This document shows positions 26,997 to 42,521 of a stretch of 64,000 nt of DNA, in pieces. The notes below the pieces were generated by a model. That model did not search any database and was not told the DNA's origin. It saw only the letters and a list, made by a program, of their open reading frames with translations. Both the position numbers and the translations under genes were made by a program. Source of the stretch: Dendrobates tinctorius (lineage: Eukaryota); assembly GCF_039654945.1 (NCBI RefSeq), contig NW_027361703.1, positions 51,460,001 to 51,524,000 on the forward strand. Direction: 5' to 3'. How positions within the stretch are numbered: position 1 is the first letter of the stretch; each line of letters opens with the position of its first letter.

Positions 26997-28873
26997 TTAA
27001 GAGACAACTTCACAGTTTTATAAAAATCAGCTTCTCTACATGTCTGACAGCCATTCCGTTCCAGTATCAGCTGAATTCCAACCTCATTCTACTTGATGTG
27101 CTTCTGATTAGGTGATCACCTGAACCAAATCTTATTTAATGAAGGAAAGTATAAAAACCCAACTGTGGGGTTCACAATCCTCTTGCAATAGGACAAGCTG
27201 GATGGCAAAACAAGTGCTAGTAGTATCCCAAAAAGTAATAGGAATGAAAAAATAATTTTTAACCATGCCTAAGGAATTGAAAAGAGAAGTCTTGAGTGAA
27301 GAAAAGAAGGGCTCAATTCTGGATTTACTAGCAGAGGGATACCGTGAGCGTCATGTTGCCTCCATCCTTAAAATATCTAAGATGGCAGTCCATTACAATA
27401 GGGTCAAGCAGCAGACATATAACTTTATTCTCTATAACTTTATTCTCATTTGCACAAGGAAAGACTAGAAGCAATGGGATGAAACTGAATGGGAGGAGAC
27501 ACAGATTAGAAAAATCTTTTTGACAGTTATAGTGATCAATGAGTGGAACAAGCTGCCACGAGAAGTGGTGAGTTCTCCTTCAATGGAAGTCTTCAAACAG
27601 AGGCTGGACAGACATCTGTCTGGGATGATTTAGCGAATCCTGCTTTGAGCAGGGGGTTGGACCAGATGGCCCAGGAGGTCCCTTCCAACTCTACGATTCC
27701 ATGATTCTACATTGGGGACAACAAAACTACCGACCAGCAGAGGGAGAAAACTACTAACCTTGATGACCATCATCTTGTTCGAATGTCACTCAGCAACCGC
27801 AGAATGACATCAAGTGACCTACAAAATGAATGGCAATTGGCAGCTGGGGTGAAGTGCACAGCAAGAACAGTTCCTAACAGGCTCCTAGAGGCAGGGCTTA
27901 AGTCATGTAAAAATAGAAAAAAGCCTTTCATCAATGAGAAGCAAAGGAGAGCCAGGCTGAAGTTTGCCAAAGATGATAAGGATTGAACCATAGAGGACTG
28001 GAGTAAGGTAATCTCTGATGAGTCTAATTTTAAGCTTTGCCCAACACCTGGTCATCTAATGGTTAGATGGAGACCTGGAGAACCGTACAAGCCACAGTTT
28101 ATTGTGCCCACTGTGAAATTGGGTGGAGGATCCGTGATGGTCTGGGGATGCTTCAGTAAGGCTGGAATTGCCCAGGTTAATCTTTGCGAAGGACGTATGA
28201 ATCAAGCCGCATACAAAGTTATCCGGGAAAAACAGTTGATTCCTTCTTCTCAGGCAATGTTCCCCAACTCTGAGGAGTGGTTTTTCCAGCAGGACAATGC
28301 GCCATGCCACACAGCTAGGTCAATCAATGTGTGGATGAAGGACCACCACATCAAATCCCTGTCATGGTCAGCCCAATCTCCAGTCCTGAACCCCATTGAA
28401 AACCTCTGCAATGTAATCAAGTGGAAGATGGATAGTCACAAGCCATCAAACAAATAAAAACTGAGTAAATTTTGGTACCAGGAGTGGCCTAAGGTCACCC
28501 AAAAGCAGTGTGAAAGACTGGTGGAAAGCATGCCAAGATGCATGAAAGCTGTGATTAAAAATCATGGTTATTCCACAAAAAATTGATTTCTGAACTCTTC
28601 CTGAATTAAAACATTAGTATTATTATTTCTAAATGATTATGAACTTGTTTTCTTAGCATTACTTGAGGTGTGCAAGCACTGCATTTTTTTGTATTTTGAC
28701 AATTTCTTATTTTCTGAAAATAAATACAAAATTTAGTGCTTGGAAATTCGAAGACATTTTGTCAGTAGTTTATAGAATAAAAAAGCAAATTACATTTTAC
28801 TCAAAAATATACCTATAGCGAGAAAAATCAGACAAACTGAAGATTTTGCAGTGGTCTCCTATTATTTGCCAGA
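26997..28873 (+). pseudogene. Tc1 (DD34E) transposon, decayed, interrupted by CR1
   Basis: ATG at 27265 (MPKELKREVLS..), SDE, VKLGGGSVMVWGCF, and QQDNAP...NPIE with 34 residues between D and E; partial termini TTAAGAGACAAC / GCAGTGGTCTCCTATTATTTGCCAGA. Confidence 0.85.
27419..27708 (+). mobile_element. CR1 LINE 3' fragment
   Basis: Typical CR1 3' end ...GGTCCCTTCCAACTCTACGATTCCATGATTCT; ACAT duplicated at both junctions; removing it restores the Tc1 frame (KQQT-LGTTKL). Confidence 0.85.
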
Positions 28874-28874
28874 T

Positions 28875-29408
28875 AGCTCTGGCAAAAAAAGAGACCATCA
28901 CATCAAAACCCTGTCATGGGCAGCCCAATCTCCAGACCTGAACCCCATTGAAAACCTCTGCAATGTAATCAAGAGGAAGATGGATAGTCACAAGCCATCA
29001 AACAAAGAAGCACTGCTTACATTTTTGTGCCAGAAGCAGGGTGAAAGACTGGTGGCAAGCATGCTAAGATGCATGTAAGCGTTTTTTAAAAGTCATGGTT
29101 ATTCCACAAAATGTTGATTTCTGAACTCTTCCTGAGTTAAAACATTAGTATTGTTGTTTCTAAAAGATTATGAACTTGTTTTCTTTGCATTATTTGAAAT
29201 ATGAAAGCAACCCTGTTTTTTATGTTGACCATTTCTCCTTTTCAGAAAAAAAGCAAACAAAATTTATTGCCTGAAAATTCTGAGACATGTTGTCAGAAGT
29301 TTATAGACTAAAAGAATAATTTAAATTTTACTCAAAAATATATCTATAAAGAGAAAAATCAGACAAACTGAACATTTGGAAGTGGTCCCTTAATTTTTGC
29401 CAGAGCTG
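28875..29408 (+). mobile_element. Internally deleted Tc1 derivative of the 26997 family
   Basis: Left TIR AGCTCTGGCAAAAAAAGAGACCA joined directly to the transposase C-terminal sequence (HHIKTLSW..SPDLNPIE); right TIR TAATTTTTGCCAGAGCTG-TA. Confidence 0.8.
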
Positions 29409-29892
29409 TATATTATAATATACATGCACAAGCTGCATTATTCCGCAGACCGCAGATTCTCGGGTTTATAGACTGTAATACATTCCACCGTATTGTGCAA
29501 GAGGGGAAATTAAGCAAATATATCACAGAAGAGGAATTGCAGCAGCAATAACCTCTGATTCTATAATGTCTCCCTGAAAGATAATAAAAGGAGAAATCCC
29601 TTTATCACACAGCTACATTTAACTCACAAAAGAAAAGGCATTATATTTACTCTTCATTTATTAACGTGTGGGGTGTGATGTGGGATTGGCTTTCATTGAA
29701 GAGATGAAAATGTGTTTATAGACTTATTTACAGGCAATTCTCCGTGGAAAAAAATGCATATTAGCTATTCTCTACAATGAGAGCCAGTATCCCCCATGAG
29801 ATGTATCTAATGTGACTCATACAGCAAAACAGGACCCTGCACAGTGAAGGACAGGACCCCAAAAGCCTGCCTGTGGAGCTCTCTGCATTTAA

Positions 29893-30235
29893 AGGGAATC
29901 TGTCACCACGTTTATGCTACCTAATCTGAGTGTTGTGTCACTTACTGGGTTGCTTGCTGCAATTTGCATAAAATCCCTGTTTAATCAGTAACCACCCCCA
30001 CTACTGATTGGCTGCTTTCTGCCTATGCACAGTATACACAGAGAGCTGGCAATCACTGGTATGGGCGGGGCTATAAAGAGCTCTGCATTCAGAGAACTGA
30101 TAGATCTGCAGCAAATAAATCAGGGATTTTATCAAAATCGCAACAAGCAGACCCATAAAGATGGAATCAGGATCTCTGTCCCTACATCATGATGCTTTTC
30201 AGATGGGTGAGCAAAAACCTGGTGACAGATTCCAT
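29893..30235. mobile_element. Kolobok/T2-like TTAA MITE
   Basis: TTAA-AGGGAATCTGTCACC ... GGTGACAGATTCCAT-TTAA; degraded relatives at ~20895-21523 and ~44563-44940. Confidence 0.75.
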
Positions 30236-31402
30236 TTAATCAATCGTATAACATGGCCTAAATAAACACTCGATCAAATAAGACCTACAAAGTGGCACAG
30301 TAACCCTTTGAAACTGGTGTTTCCTAATGTGCGGGGTTATTCAATTAGCACACAATGATAAATAGATGATAAAAAGGGATGTCAAGCTATTTTCATGATA
30401 AAGCACTCCATCTTTTAAAAAAACGCCAAGACATTTCAATTACATAAATAATTAAGTAATTATTTCAGGAGCCTGCAGTATTTGGTCCTTTTGGCACATT
30501 AACCCAATCATTTACATGTATCATTAATGCAAAATACATATGCTGTGAAATGCTGCTAAAGGAAGCATGCATCAATTAGGGTGAACTGTGGCAGACTCAG
30601 CAGAATGCCAGCAACTTAATAAAATGATGCATGGATATGTAAAATGAATATAACATAACTATACAAGTGTAAAATCAGATTTATGTTATTATTCATTTCC
30701 TATTTTCTGTATCGCAGTGAGTGAGGAAAATGTCAGAAAGTGGACGTCCATCAGATAAATTACAATTAGCATTGCGTTGTGAACGCACTCTGTTCTACAA
30801 TAAAGGGCAGCATAACGGCCCGAACCTTAATGTATAGGAATGGAATGTACTTGATAGATTGCCCTTCTGCATGCCTCGCCATAACATATGGGCAAGTTAC
30901 ATTGCAGCACATAGTGAAATGCTAGCTCAGATAAACTGCCTGTCTTTTTTAATAATATTGTGAAAAAACATCCCTAAATTATATCTAATATTATTTTGGG
31001 CAATAAGTCCTCACCATTGGTGTGTGCCTATTAGAGGATGTTCACATGCTGCATTTTTGCCACATTTTTCCCTCGCGCTTTAGAGTCACAGCACTTCACT
31101 GTACAAGCAAAGGTAATGAGAGTTCTGAAATCTCATGCCAATGTTGCCTTTTTTTCCTTACCTGTTTTAGATTAAGCTGCAAGCATGTTAATTCTTTAAA
31201 GTTTGTGCAGTTTTTTTTTACCCATCCAAATAAATGGGGAAAAAAATGCATCAAAAATTTATGCAATAATGTGGCAAAAGTGTCCATATTTTACACAGTG
31301 GTTTTTCTTCATTCACTCCAGTATTTTCAGCAGATTTTTCTGCTACAAATACTGAATTCCTACACATACCCTTTCTTGGTTTTTGTGGTTTTCTTATCCT
31401 AA

Positions 31403-31787
31403 AGGTACTGTCACACTTAGCGATGTACCAGCGATATGACGCGGTCAGGATCGCTGGTACATCGCTAAGAGGTCGCTAGTGAGCTGCCACACAGGCAGAT
31501 CTCACCAGCGACATCGCTGGGGACGGGGGTCGCTACTTACCTGTCACACTAGACGATCCTGCGTCCTCCCGCCCGGCTCCACGCTCGTCGCTCGTCTCTC
31601 CACAGGAAGTGCCGCAGGAAGCTGACGACGAGAAACAGTCCAGGACGTTCTCGCGTGATCAGCGATAAGCAGCGGGGGGAGCGGGTCGTAGGTAAGTATC
31701 AGACACAGCGATGTCGCTAGCAATATAGCCATAACGTCACAAGTTATAGCGATATTGCTAGCAATATCGATTAGTGTGACAGTACCT
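31403..31787. mobile_element. PIF/Harbinger-like MITE
   Basis: TIR AGGTACTGTCACACT / AGTGTGACAGTACCT; TAA TSD; closely similar to 38395-38779. Confidence 0.85.
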
Positions 31788-31807
31788 TAACAATATGGTT
31801 CTGTATG

Positions 31808-31933
31808 AGAGGTGGTGAGTTCTCCTTCAACGGAGGTCTTCATGGTTTATGGTTTAGTGAATCCCGCAATGAGCAGAAGGTTGGACACGATGACCCAGGA
31901 GGTCCCTTCCAACTCTACCATTCTATGATTCTA
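31808..31933 (+). mobile_element. CR1 LINE short 3' fragment
   Basis: Matches the 27419 fragment; ends TTCTATGATTCTA. Confidence 0.75.
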
Positions 31934-32187
31934 GTATAGAAGCTTTGCAAGTACAAAAGTCTATTTTTGACTTTTTACCTTGCAAAGTGACAAACATCGT
32001 GGACCACCATGCCTTCTCCAAGTCACAGGTAGCTACAGAGTTCCATAAGTCCATTGTTCTCTAAGAGAGGGCTTCATAAAAAGTGTCATATATATCTTCT
32101 TCTTGGATCTTTGTGAATGTAAGCATTACTGGTATGATACCTGAAATTCCTGCACCTTCAATCCCTTAAATATCTCCTTATACCTAA

Positions 32188-33260
32188 CCCCTTCCTGATG
32201 CGACTATTCTCCATTTTTTCAGTTTTCGTTTTTAACTTCCCCCTTTTTCCAAGAGCATGACTTTTTATTTTGCTGTCCACATAGCTGTAGAAGGGCTTGT
32301 TTTTTTTGCAGGACAAGTTGTACTTTAGAATGACACCATTCAGTTTATCATGCGAAGTACTGGAAAGCAGGAAAAAAAATTGCGGTGCATTGAAATTGTA
32401 AAAAAAGTGCAATTCCACAATTGCTTTTTGTTTTCCTTTACCTTTCTCACTATACCGTAAAACTGACCTGGCAATATGATTCTCCTCCAGGTCAGTACAC
32501 TGATGCAGATATCAAACATGTATATCTAGATTTTATATTTGTGATGAAAAAAATTTGCAATAAAATAAATTTTGCCTGTGTCACTACATTCCTAGACCCG
32601 TAACATTTTCATTTTTCAGGATATGGGGTTGTGTGAGGGATTATATTTTGCTCCCTGCAATGTTGCGGCAGCCAAAAATAACGTAATTCTGAAGTGTTGA
32701 TTTTTTTTCTCGCTACAATTTACCAATCGGATTAATTTATTTTATATTTTGATAGAGCAAACTTTTACGAATGCAGCGATACTAAATGTGTGTATTTTTT
32801 TGTTTTATTTTTAATGGGGCAAAAGGGGGTGGGTTTTTTCCTTTTTTTTCATGTTTTTTAAAAATTGTCTTTTGTACTGTATTTATTAGACCCCTTAGGG
32901 GGCTTGAAGCTGTGATCGTCTGATCGCTTGTACTATACATAGCAGTGCTTCAGCACTACTATGTTTAGTAAAAATCATGATCTCCAATGAACGCCAGCTA
33001 AAGCCAACAGATCCTCGACTGTCGTGGCAACTCATCGGCACTCCACAATCATGCGATGGACATGCGGAATAGCACTCCCCCCTAACTGCGCATGTTAAAT
33101 GCCGCTATCAGAGACTGACAGCGATGTTTAATAGGTTAACACAGGCAGAGCTCCTGTCCACCCACTGCTAAAGACACATGATGACTTATTAAATCAACCA
33201 TCATGCGCTGGGAAAAATGCGAGCTTGCAAAAAGTTAGGGAGATGGAATATGACGTCATG
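32188..33260 (-). mobile_element. piggyBac-like TTAA element, inverted and degraded
   Basis: CTAA-CCCCTT start; reverse-complement similarity to 15456-16616. Confidence 0.55.
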
Positions 33261-33936
33261 AGTTGTGTTCTATTTGTAGGGTCCAGTTGACATGACGTTT
33301 TACTTGCAGAACTTACCTAGAGAAAATATTGTACTTAGTGCAGGATTTTATTCCCTATCGCATATCTGTAAAAATATACCTTGCTGGTGTTTGACTGATG
33401 TATGAATTTTCTATTAGGTATCAGATTTCTGCATATAAGACTTGATAATGAGAGGATGAAACATGAATCTGTATTACAGGCGCCATTTTCTTACAATCGG
33501 GAAGCTCAGCTCCATTGGTGTTGACAATCTTCAGGCGTCCCCTTAATTATTATATACTCAAGAGTAAACTTTAACATTTGACTGCAGTTAGGCTGTAATA
33601 CGACATATTTCACATATCTTTCCCACACTTATTGCTTGCTCCTAGAGAGGACGTATTCATACCCATAAGAAAGAAGAAAATTCTGATGGCCCGCAGCGCT
33701 CTCTGTACTCTGGCAGCATGGATGTCAGAGGGTGTAAATTAAGCTACAGTACTAAAATGTGACTGCCTGGGTCTTCACCAATGTTTCTAATTCATCTTAC
33801 TCAGCAGAATGTTGTGAGCTGTAAATTCAGTCCGAGAGACTGTTTTCCAAGCCTTTTCTACCGCACCGATCTTTCAGGTTGCTTGTCATTACTTTTCAGT
33901 AACAGCAGGAAGAAATTTTTACTGACTGGACTACGG

Positions 33937-33967
<31 letters not shown>

Positions 33968-35891
33968 ATCTATCTATCTAATATAGCTTGACAGCTTGAT
34001 GTATAAATATATATATATATATATTAACAGAATGAAGGAAGGAAATTGGATAAAGCAGTTAACTTGGGAAGGATAATAATAGGATTCCCATTTACCATTT
34101 GCTCCCTATTAACAGTCTGTATTCTGGCGGCACAATCAGTGGCAAATAGTTGGGAATATGGATGTTCCTATTGCCACACTGATCTATTCAATTAATTACT
34201 TTACAATTGGGAATTGCTGTTTAATCAGTCTCCTACCATATTTATAGACAGTCTGGTAATGCTGTCCTACGTATTCTACCCACCACATCCATCGCTCTCT
34301 CTGACTTATTCTCTCTCTCTCGGACTCTGTATATATTTATACATTCTGGTTTCTGAAGCTCTAGTTGTACATAAATTTAGCACAGACTTAGTCACTATTT
34401 TATATTAATATATTCAATTCCCCATGTAATCTTACGCAGAAATGCAAAAGAAATAACACATTTATAGGTCATCTAGATTTCAGAACTCAGCAAAAAATTC
34501 TGACTGCCGAAACTCCCTTTGAGAGGAACGTTACGCTGTACAAGTAAAAGAGAACCTGCTGTCAAAATGCATAGTAGAGATACGACATGAGCACAATTAA
34601 TGCATTACCGCCATCAAATGCATAATAAGAATTTAAAAAAAAATGTTTGATTTTTGGATCTACACAATTAAAGCTAGAATATGATGTGTACAAAAATAGG
34701 GCTATCTTATACTGTAACTTGGCAGTTACAAGGCAGAGCAATTATTACCAGTCTGGCAGCTAATAAAGCTTTCCGGAGCGTTACATTAAAAATCTTGAAA
34801 TTTGTGTGATTTGGCTTTAGATTGTTTGGCATGGCACATAATATTAAGACCGTTTAAGCAAAGCAATGCTTAAATGTTTTATTAAATAAGCAGATATTAA
34901 GAAAATGTCTTGTAAATATTTTTCCATGGCATGTCTATCATTTAGATGTGTACTCAACTACTGGGACAAGACTAGAAGTGGGATCCAGTCGGTTTCCTTC
35001 AGTTCAGCAAAATCAGTTATTTAAATACCAGTAGGTTTAGGAAATTGGGAAGAAAAGGTTACTTGTAAATATGTGAATAAAGTTTCCTGTGGATTTTATC
35101 AAGTCTTCAGTGCCGGATCTTCCTTCTCTTCTTGCATTTACTTGTAAAGGAGACTTAATCATAGAATCACCGAGTGTTCGAGTTGAAAGGGACCTCAAGG
35201 GTCATCATGTCAACCCTGTGCTCAATGCAGGATTCACTAAATCATCCCAGACAGATGTCTGTCCATCCTCTTTTTGAAGACTTCCATTGAAGGAGAACTC
35301 ACCACCTCTCGTGGCAGCCTGTTCCACTCATTGATCACCCTAACTGTCAAAATTTTCTTCTAATATCTAATCTGTACCTTCTCCCTTTCAGTTTCATCCC
35401 ATTGATTCTCGTGTTTCCATGTGCAAATGTCATATCCCTTCACATATTTGTAGACAACTATTAAGTCTCCTCTTAGCCTTCTTTTTCTGCAAGCTAAACA
35501 TTCCCAGTTACTTTAACCATTCTTCACAGGGCATGCTTTGCAGTCCGCTTAGCATCCTGGTAGCTTTTCTCTGAACTTGCTCCAGACTTTCAATGTCTTT
35601 TTTAAAATGTGGTGTCCAGAACTGTGCACAGTATTCCAGATGAGGTCTGACCAAGGAGGAGTAGAAGGGGAAAATTACTTCATGTGATCTAGACTCTATG
35701 CTTTTCTTAATGCATTCTGTGTTTGCCCTTTTGGCTGCTGCAGCACACTGTTGACTCATGTGCAGTCTGTGATCTGTCAGTATTCCCCAGTCTTTTTAAC
35801 AAGTGCCGTGGCTTAGTTCTATTCCTCCCATTCAAACATGTAATTTTTATTTTTCTTGCCCAGATGTAGAATCTTGCATTTATCCCTGTTA

Positions 35892-38311
<2,420 letters not shown>

Positions 38312-38394
38312 TAAATACCATTCTATTAGTCACTGTCCATTGTTCAAGCTTATCTAGATCCTTCAGAATCCTTTCCCTGGCTTCTCTAGTGTTA

Positions 38395-38779
38395 AGGTAC
38401 TGTCACACTTAGCGATGCACCAGCGATCCCGACCAGCGATATGATGCTGTCAGGATCGCTGGTGCATCGCTAAGTGGTCGCTAGTGAGCTGCCACACCGG
38501 AAGATCTCACCAGCGACATCGCAGGGGTCGGGGGTCACTACTTACCTGTCACACTAGGCGATCCTGCGTCCTCCCGCCCGCGTCCACGATCGTCGCTCGT
38601 CTCTCCACAGGAAGCGCCGCAGGAAGCTGATGATGACAAACAGTCCAGCCTGTTCTCGCGCGATCAGCGATAACCAGCGGGGGAGCTATTTGTAGGTAAG
38701 TATCACACACAGCGATATCGCTATAACGTCACAAGTTATAGCGATATTGCTAGAGATATCGCTTAGTGTGACAGGTCCT
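38395..38779. mobile_element. PIF/Harbinger-like MITE inserted in CR1
   Basis: TIRs as at 31403; TTA TSD. Removing the element plus one TTA restores the CR1 RT frame (KLGWIANTRE). Confidence 0.85.
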
Positions 38780-40826
38780 TTAGCAATCCATCCTAGCTTT
38801 GCATCATCTGCAAATTTGATTAGTTTACCTTCTGTTCCCTTATTTAGATCATTTAGAAAAATGTTGAACAACACTGGGGCCAGGACAGAGCCTCGTGAAA
38901 TCCCACTTGAAACATTTTTCCAATTGGATGTGCAATCATTTATTATCACTCTTTGAGTACGATCACTGAGCCATGTATTAATCCATGTAACTGTAGTCTT
39001 GTCAATCCTATACTGGGTCATTTTTTAAAATAAAAATAGTATGAGATACTTTATCAAATGCTTTGATGAAGCCAAGATATACTATATCTACTGCATTTCC
39101 CTGACCCACCCAGTCAGTGATTACATAGAAGGAAATTAGAGTAGTCTGACATGACTTGTTTGCTACAAACCCATGCTGGCTCTGGTTAATAATTGTATTT
39201 GAATCCAAGTACTTACATACAGTACATGCTGTTTAATAATTTTTCAAACATCCTTCCTGGTATAACTGGCCTGTAATTTCCTGGCTCCATCTTCTTTCCT
39301 TTTTAGAAGATAGTGACAACATTTGCCCTTCTCCAATCTTTTGGGACTTCTCCTGTTTTCCAAATGTATCTGCATTCTTAGAACACAAATGCAATTTAAT
39401 AGTAACCTGCTCATTTAGAGAAAGAGGGTCCTCAGCTCCTTACACCAGTATTCTGATACTGCCTAACCTATTCTAGACAGACATGGCTACTGGATATGAG
39501 TGCATGAGGCAAAATTCAAATTCGCACTGAATTTCGTAGGAAATTTGATTTACAGAGAAGTTATTCTTTGAAATTATAATCTCCCTTATTAGGCTTTGGG
39601 GTCTCATCAGACCCCAAAGTATAATGAACGTAACATGTATAAAATTAAAAAAGACACATAATCACCTCACCGTTCACCTCTCTGAACACTCCACACCTCA
39701 CCACCACCCATCCATTCCATGCTGCATCTTCAGATGGTCACTTGTCACACTACAATGAGACTTCTGACTCAAAGCAGGTCTAGCAGGTTTCTGCACATGC
39801 GTATACAAGGTCACAGCACACACCATGATGTCATGACGTTGTTACCTTTTATGCCCTTGCAGAGAATCTTCTTGGGACTCATCAAAGCCAGAAGTTCCGA
39901 CCCAGCATGAGAGGCATGAGAGGTGGGAATTTCAGCATGAGCGGAGGCAATCTGAATATTCAGACTTTGGCAAATTCAGATTTTTGTAAACTTCAATTAT
40001 TCTTGAATTAATTTGTTCATCTCTACTGACTAATGTGAAAAAATGCAGCAACTAAGAATGAGCAGATCAGGCAAAATTCGAATTTGCCTTTGGATGAATT
40101 TTGCTGGAATATGTGATTTGTGGAGGATTTAGTGTCCCTATACATGCTCTGGGGCCTCTCCTTATCCCTGACCATAATAAATATAAGTTATAAAACAGAT
40201 AAAAAAAGACCTATGCTGACCTCACTGCTCACCTCTCCAGCCCCTCTGCTCCTCATCATCACCAGTCTGGTCTTAACCACATCATCAGATCATAACCACT
40301 TGTTACGATGTTATGATGCCGTGACCTTTTCTCCCAATGCAAGTAGAGGCTATCTAACAATGCGCCGAGGACCAGATGAGTCACATGGGGATCCGGAAAG
40401 GTGAACAATAAGGTGAATATTAGTTTTTTTGGGTTTTTTTTACATTTTGATAAGCCACTGCCATTTTGGATGACAGCATGAGAGCTGGTTCAAAGGTGGA
40501 TGCAAAACATGTCATGAGCTTATATTGCCATGGTTTAATCAGAACATTTTTACGTTATGGTGACAACAAAAATCTTTTGATTACACCACAGCAAGAGAAG
40601 TTTTTTCCATCAATGCAGCCTGTTTTTAAAGTAATTTTAGGATTCACTGAAAAGGGATAATAAAACTTAACTATAATAGAAACAATTAAATAACCCAAAC
40701 TAGACATGCTACAAAAGTACAATTAAGTAACTCAAATCCTGGTGAGTACCAGAAAATAACTGAACAAACACAAAGAAACTCACTCAAAGTCTCACTAATG
40801 TGATCTAAATCACACATATCACTCTC

Positions 40827-40865
40827 TGTCTCAACGCGTTTCATATAAAGACTCATCAGGAGACA
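40827..40865 (-). ncRNA. Minimal type I hammerhead ribozyme motif (Penelope-like-element style)
   Basis: Minus strand reads UGUCUC-CUGAUGA-GUCUUUAUAU-GAAAC-GC-GUU-GAGACA: perfect 6-bp stem I, intact core boxes, palindromic ACGCGU helix III, weak stem II. Confidence 0.6.
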
Positions 40866-41117
40866 CTGTAACATATTCCCATTTGAGGAGAGACTGCTGC
40901 CCATAAAAACATTAATTATGCACCAAGCCGATTACAGTATCCTCATTGATATGTCCCACAATAACAAAATAGGACATCCACTATTTCGTGCGGTGATTGC
41001 ACTATGCTCTAAATTGCACAGACTATATAAGACAGATATATTATTGTTAACAAATGCAAAAGGAGGTTGATCTCCTGAAAATAGAGCAAGTCATACTGAG
41101 TAATATATTACAGCTAA

Positions 41118-41585
41118 GGCCGGGGTCACGCGTATGGCATCACATGCGAGAGCATCGGATGCGATATGCTAATGACCCTCAGCTCCTGCTCTGCTGCGAG
41201 CGGAAGCCAAGTGTCATGCGACTGTACTCCGGGCATCTTACACAGAGAAGATTGGAGCACAGCTGTGGAGGAGGCAGAGAAACTAATTTCTCCATCTCCT
41301 CCATTGCCAGGGTCAGGGTAAATCGCACAGCACTCGAGTGATATCCGAGTGTTGTGCGCTATGTCACTCGCACCTATAGACTTATATGGGTGCGAGTGAG
41401 CCGAGACTTGCCGAGTCTCGGTGCCAATCGCAGCATGCTGCGATTTCTCTCACATGTAAAATACGGGCGAGAAGAAAACCGGTGATAGGAGCTGCCCCAT
41501 ACAGTATATGAATACTGGTCCGAGTGCTATGCGATGTTTTATTGTATAGCACTCGTCCGTATCCAACGCAAGTGTAACCCCAGCC
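41118..41585. mobile_element. PIF/Harbinger-like MITE
   Basis: TIR GGCCGGGGTCAC / GTAACCCCAGCC; TAA TSD on both sides. Confidence 0.75.
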
Positions 41586-42480
41586 TAAATCTGAGGCTCA
41601 GTGCATATTTCCCAAATAACATTGACATGCCTTGTGGAAAATGTAATTTGCCCATGTTTTAGTGCCCCCTCAGTGTACATATAGTTTTAGGATGATTATA
41701 CCTGTCCTTTTATGATTTATGGTTGCACTGCACCTTCATGCACTATTTCCAAATATGGACTCCATACTCTATACCTGGATTCTATTACATATATTGCACC
41801 ACTGCCCAAGTCCTGTACTAGTATGACCCTATATAGGTAAAATATGTTGATCATAGCCTATGCGCATAGTGTGCATTCATACTGCTCTGTATGTATGATC
41901 GAGGAGAGCTGGGGTGAGATGATAATCATCATTTACTAAACACAGCCCCATTGCCTAAAGAAGAGAAGGACGCTGAAGGTGATTCCTGCTTGTGAATAAG
42001 AATAAATTTAAAAATCCCTTTTCAGTGAGTCCTATATTTTGAGAGATTTTTTTTCAGATGATACAATGATATTCCTTTAAAGTGTTTTTATCTACCTTTG
42101 ATCAAGCTCTTCAGGTGGATTTCTCCACAGCCACGAGGCAGCAGTAGGTGGTATTCTAAACTCCAACAGTGGTTTTGTCTCACACAACCCCCTCAGGTGA
42201 CTGTCTATTTGCCGTCCTCCATTAGGGTTATACCCTATGTGAGCGCTCTCTTCTCATTATAGCTTTTACTTCCCTCAACATGAGAACTGGGATAGGTATG
42301 TATTGAGTGACAGGCACATTTTATTTGGGACACAGTATATATTATCCTTCATTTTATTGTGAGGAAAGTGCTTATCATAATTGATTTCTATCTGAGGGAA
42401 CATGTATACTATAGTTGATTTTAAAAGGCGGCCACATTGTTTTTTATAATTCATTGCAATCTGTATTATTTTGTGGCCTC

Positions 42481-42520
<40 letters not shown>

Positions 42521-42521
<1 letters not shown>

